From Eledone cirrhosa (lineage: Eukaryota): DNA of 64,000 nucleotides. Made by a program: the position numbers and the translations under genes. Below, piece by piece: positions 61,271 through 64,000 of the stretch. The DNA is taken from positions 2,046,001-2,110,000 of the forward strand of contig OZ024764.1 in the NCBI GenBank assembly GCA_964016885.1, written 5' to 3'. Under the pieces are notes generated by a model. That model saw nothing but the letters and a program-made list of their open reading frames with translations, did no database searches and was not told the DNA's origin. The stretch's first letter is position 1. Every line of letters starts with the position of its first letter.

Positions 61271-61812
61271 ATTCAGTTCAAATCCCGCCGAGGTTGACTT
61301 TGCCTTTCATCCTTACGGGGTCGATAAAATAAAGTACCAGTAATGCACTGGGTAATTGCTGGCCTTGTGCCTAAAGTAGAAACAATTATTATTGTTTTTA
61401 TTGAGTTTTTATTCAGTTCAAATCCCGCCGAGGTTAACTTTGCCTTTCATCCTTACGGGGTCGATAAAATAAAGTACCAGTAATGCACTGGGTTATTGCT
61501 GGTCTTGTGCCAAAAGTAGAAACAATTATTATTGTTTTTATTGAGTTTTTATTGAGTTCAAATCCCGCCGAGGTTAACTTTGCCTTTCATCCTTACGGGG
61601 TCGATAAAATAAAGTACCAGTAATGCACTGGGTTATTGCTGGTCTTGTGCCAAAAGTAGAAACAATTATTATTGTTTTTATTGAGTTTTTATTGAGTTCA
61701 AATCCAGCCGAGGTTAACTTTGCCTTTCATCCTTACGGGGTCGATAAAATAAAGTACCAGTAATGCACTGGGTAATTGCTGGTCTTGTGCCTAAAGTAGA
61801 AACAATTATTAT
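61271..61812 (+). repeat. SINE family B body tandemly repeated x4 (140-bp period) in the GPCR intron
   Basis: AGTTCAAATCC(C/A)GCCGAGGTT..GTAGAAACAATTATTATT at 61271, 61411, 61551 and 61691. Confidence 0.95.
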
Positions 61813-62062
61813 TATTGTGTTTATTTTCCCTTCCATATCGTTTCCATTATATGTCGATTGTCTTCCTGACACCTACGGCAAATAAACGCTTGTATACCAG
61901 TTAACACACCACGTTGATTATAATTTATAGTGTAAACACACACACACACACACACATGTATATATATATTTTGCAAGAGATGTCAACATGAATGGACCTG
62001 TTATTTTTATCTAAAGACATTTTTTCCAATTCCATTCCAATTCTATCTTATTTCTCATTCTT

Positions 62063-62098
62063 TCTTCTGATGAAGGACTAGCGTCCGAAACGTTAAGA
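62063..62098 (+). ncRNA. Minimal type I hammerhead ribozyme motif
   Basis: TCTT-CTGATGA-A-GGAC-TAGC-GTCC-GAAA-CGTT-AAGA: intact core, 4-bp stem II, 4-bp stem I and palindromic AACGTT in place of stem III. Confidence 0.6.
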
Positions 62099-62175
62099 CC
62101 CTCTTCCTGCTATATCAAGCGTTAACTTGATATATTCCTTCCATATACTGTACTGATTGTGTTGTTATTTATGTT

Positions 62176-62254
<79 letters not shown>

Positions 62255-62367
62255 CACATATATATATATATATATACATACACACACACACACACATATA
62301 TATATATATGTGTGTGTGTGTGTGTTATGGAATACTGTTAGCTTCTCGCTACAACAGTTTCTATACT

Positions 62368-62418
<51 letters not shown>

Positions 62419-62443
62419 TATATATATACACATATATATATAC

Positions 62444-62496
<53 letters not shown>

Positions 62497-62778
62497 CACA
62501 CACATATATATATACACACACATATATATATATACACACACATATATATATACACACACATATATATATATACACACACACATATATATATATATACACA
62601 CACATATATATATACGCACACACATATATATATATACACACACATATATATATATACACACACACACATATATATATATATATACACACACATATATATA
62701 TATACACACACACACACATATATATACACACACCCACACATATATATATATATATATATATACACACGCACACACACA

Positions 62779-62811
<33 letters not shown>

Positions 62812-62952
62812 TTATCGATATATATATACATATTTATATGTATGTATGTGTATAAATGTGTATGGGTATATATATGTGTGTGTGTGTGTGTATGAATGTA
62901 TATATACATGTGTATGTGTGTGTAAGTATATATATATATGTGTGTGTGTATA

Positions 62953-63007
<55 letters not shown>

Positions 63008-63253
63008 TATATATATATATATATACTTACACACATACACATGTATATATACATTCATACACACACACATATATATACCCATACACATTTATACACATAC
63101 ATATAAATAAAATATACCCCACACACATCCACCATAGGAGGGATATCATTCTTACAGAGATAGTGTTCTCAATAGATGAACAGTTCAAACAATTTCTTGC
63201 ACCTCCTGCCATTATTATTATTATTGAAAAAAAAATGAGCGTTTTATAATGTA

Positions 63254-63920
63254 CTAGCAGTGGTACCCGGCGTTGCACGGGATGAGGTATTTTGGAACGC
63301 AGGCCGCCAACACACCTAATCGTGGAAAAACTGCATGCCTGGACAATATGTTAAGAAAATAAACCGAATATTCTGATGGCTGGATAATCTTTGAGATTTT
63401 CCTCGATGAAGCAGGAAAAATGCAAATTTTCACCTAATGAGGGCACTAGGGGATCAAGGAAATAAATTTTTTTTTATGTGCATAATATGCCTTGAAATTT
63501 CGGGACAATCGGCTAGACGTAACGCCTCAAAAAGCCATAAAAAGCTGAAAAAATGACGTTTTTCACCTAATGCGGGCCCTAGGCCATAAAAAAGTTGGAT
63601 TTTCTTTGCTTACGGTATGAAGAAGAGACTGACTAATACATAGTTACAATTTCAAGGAAATCGGTCTGACGTAACGCCTCAAAAAACCCCTAAAAAGCTT
63701 TTAAAAAACGCAGTTTTTCACCTAATGAGGATCAAAATATGGAAAAATGTGGGAAAATGTTATGTGCATAACCCTCCCTGACACATAAGTAATACACATG
63801 TAAAGTTTGAAAAAAATCGGTTGGGTACTTCTCGAGTTTTAGGGATTTAAACTCACAGACAGACATCCTCAGGGAAGTGACGTAATGCAGACAGCCAGAC
63901 ATACAGACAGATATTATAAG
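63254..63920 (-). mobile_element. Non-autonomous Helitron-like element
   Basis: Minus strand ends in hairpin CCCGTGCAACGCCGGG, then 8 nt, then CTAG|T. The other end has (CTGT)n. Internal repeats TTTTCACCTAATG and GACGTAACGCCTCAAAAA. Confidence 0.7.
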
Positions 63921-64000
63921 GGCGCGCGGCGTTATATGTATGTATCTATCTAAAAAGAGAAAGACTAAGAATTATAGAGAGAGATCGCTAAATCGTCTAA

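Overview
Animal genomic DNA, most likely an octopod cephalopod (inferred from the (AT)n/(CA)n load and the SINE, Penelope and RTE repertoire; not verified). Most of the window is repeats. The only host gene I can support is one coding exon (TM1-TM5) of an adenosine-receptor-like class A GPCR at 60401-61207, whose intron runs past the window end. There is a weak candidate promoter plus first exon on the minus strand near 5.7-5.8 kb. The rest is decayed mobile DNA: RTE, CR1 and L1/Tx1-like LINE fragments, two tRNA-derived SINE families, two mariners, DD37D/maT derivatives, a piggyBac-type MITE, a non-autonomous Helitron, an RT-less Naiad-like Penelope GIY-YIG ORF and hammerhead-ribozyme-like motifs. 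The main pattern is that element after element has had a short internal segment (48-140 bp) amplified in place into a minisatellite of ~4 to ~177 copies. Examples are both HTH-coding segments of one mariner, and one SINE segment present as 1, 2, ~54 and ~177 copies. Other notable items are a spacer-free 120-bp perfect palindrome, several long inverted repeats, three L1/Tx1-like 3' ends all sitting in (GATA/GACA)n, and a minimal hammerhead in sense orientation in the GPCR intron. Most listed ORFs are translations of repeats. I see no CRISPR array or prokaryotic-type system. Copy numbers are length-divided-by-unit estimates, and family names come from motif recognition by eye without database searches.
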